A DNA stretch of 64,000 nt, from the IMG/VR virus record IMGVR_UViG_3300046093_000295; one strand, 5' to 3'. Source of the stretch: a virus. The notes beneath the pieces were generated by a model that did not search any database, was not told where the DNA came from, and worked only from the letters and a program-made list of their open reading frames with translations. Positions 63,237 to 64,000 of the stretch are shown piece after piece (the stretch's first letter is position 1; each line of letters opens with the position of its first letter). The position numbers were made by a program, and so were the translations under genes.

Positions 63237-63593
63237 ATGATTAAACCTATTGCATGGCGACTTTGGGATGAAGATCCGATAAATGATAAACCTAGATGGG
63301 TTTACTATGACGAAAGTGACTTCAAACCGGGCATTGATCCTACGGATTTTTTTGAGGGATTGAAGCCCCTGTATTTGCTTGATAAAGATTTGGAATCAGC
63401 TATGATCAAGCCGTATTCTCTAAATTTCCCAGAGAAATCCGAACAGGAGCAGATGCGTATTGTCTGGACTATTCTCTTTTCTTTCACCCGATCTGACGTT
63501 GACAATTTCATCAATGAACGTAAAGATGGCTGGAATGGTGACGCAGGTCTTCTTGCCCGCAAACTTTCATTGGCGATTCAGAGCCAGTTGTAA
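63237..63593 (+). CDS. chimeric hypothetical protein
   Basis: PIAW...PLY module fused to the domain encoded alone at 45644. Confidence 0.7.
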   Translation: MIKPIAWRLWDEDPINDKPRWVYYDESDFKPGIDPTDFFEGLKPLYLLDKDLESAMIKPYSLNFPEKSEQEQMRIVWTILFSFTRSDVDNFINERKDGWNGDAGLLARKLSLAIQSQL

Positions 63594-63674
63594 TTTAGAA
63601 TGTTGCTAAAAACAGTTCTAGTAAATTAAGAAGCTCATAATGAGCATGTTTTTTGTAATTTTAAGGAGCAGATC

Positions 63675-64000
63675 ATGAGCAAAGCAGTAAAGATTTTCAA
63701 AGAGTTTGTTGAATCCCAAGAAGACATTAGTATCGACGAGGTTTTTGAGATCTTGGATAATGGAATTACCTTTACGTTTGAACAGAAACTTTCTTTTGGT
63801 TCAAGCGATCAATGCCCAATTCTGATTCGACAGCAAATTACGAGCGGAAATATTCCCCCAAATCTTTCGGCAAATTGCAACGGAAATTATGTCCAATTAT
63901 TGGCCAAAACTTGGGAAGATGCTTCTGATGGAGAAGGCTTTGCATTTACCAGGGGCGATGGCACAAAATATTGGTTCTGCGCAATTGATTGTAAAGGCGG
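63675..64000 (+). CDS. hypothetical protein (partial)
   Basis: AAGGAG RBS; open to window end. Confidence 0.65.
   Translation, partial: MSKAVKIFKEFVESQEDISIDEVFEILDNGITFTFEQKLSFGSSDQCPILIRQQITSGNIPPNLSANCNGNYVQLLAKTWEDASDGEGFAFTRGDGTKYWFCAIDCKG

Overview
64-kb segment of a large, AT-rich lytic myophage genome (T4-like/jumbo-type; inferred from gene content and ATAAATA late-promoter-like motifs). Nearly all genes lie on the + strand. 1-17 kb: replication and RNA-metabolism genes, including a DnaE-like polymerase split into two separate miniature genes, GroES-like co-chaperonin, clamp loader subunits, MazG-like protein, CCA-adding enzyme, a second nucleotidyltransferase, ATP-dependent DNA ligase, a phosphoesterase and an amidinotransferase-fold protein. 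17.4-33.6 kb: a tRNA array interleaved with paralogous GNAT-like and ADP-ribosyltransferase-like genes that share an N-terminal MxLxE-type leader; one is disrupted by an IS607 (tnpA+tnpB) element. The most unusual signal is in this array. A tRNA-Arg-like gene at 22299-22799 is split by a clearly recognisable Azoarcus-like group IC3 intron. The intron's 5' region contains a second, D-armless tRNA-Arg(UCU)-like domain, and its P7 guanosine-binding helix is non-canonical. The adjacent tRNA-Ile/Met(CAU) carries a 37-nt hairpin inside its anticodon, and several other tRNAs have remodelled anticodon loops. 33.7-64 kb: accessory region with PnuC and split NadR, deaminases, a nuclease, a ferritin-like protein, an Rnl2-like RNA ligase, many small hypothetical genes driven by repeated promoter+RBS cassettes, and a candidate structured ncRNA. 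No CRISPR array or rRNA was seen. All annotations are by eye from motifs; no searches were run.
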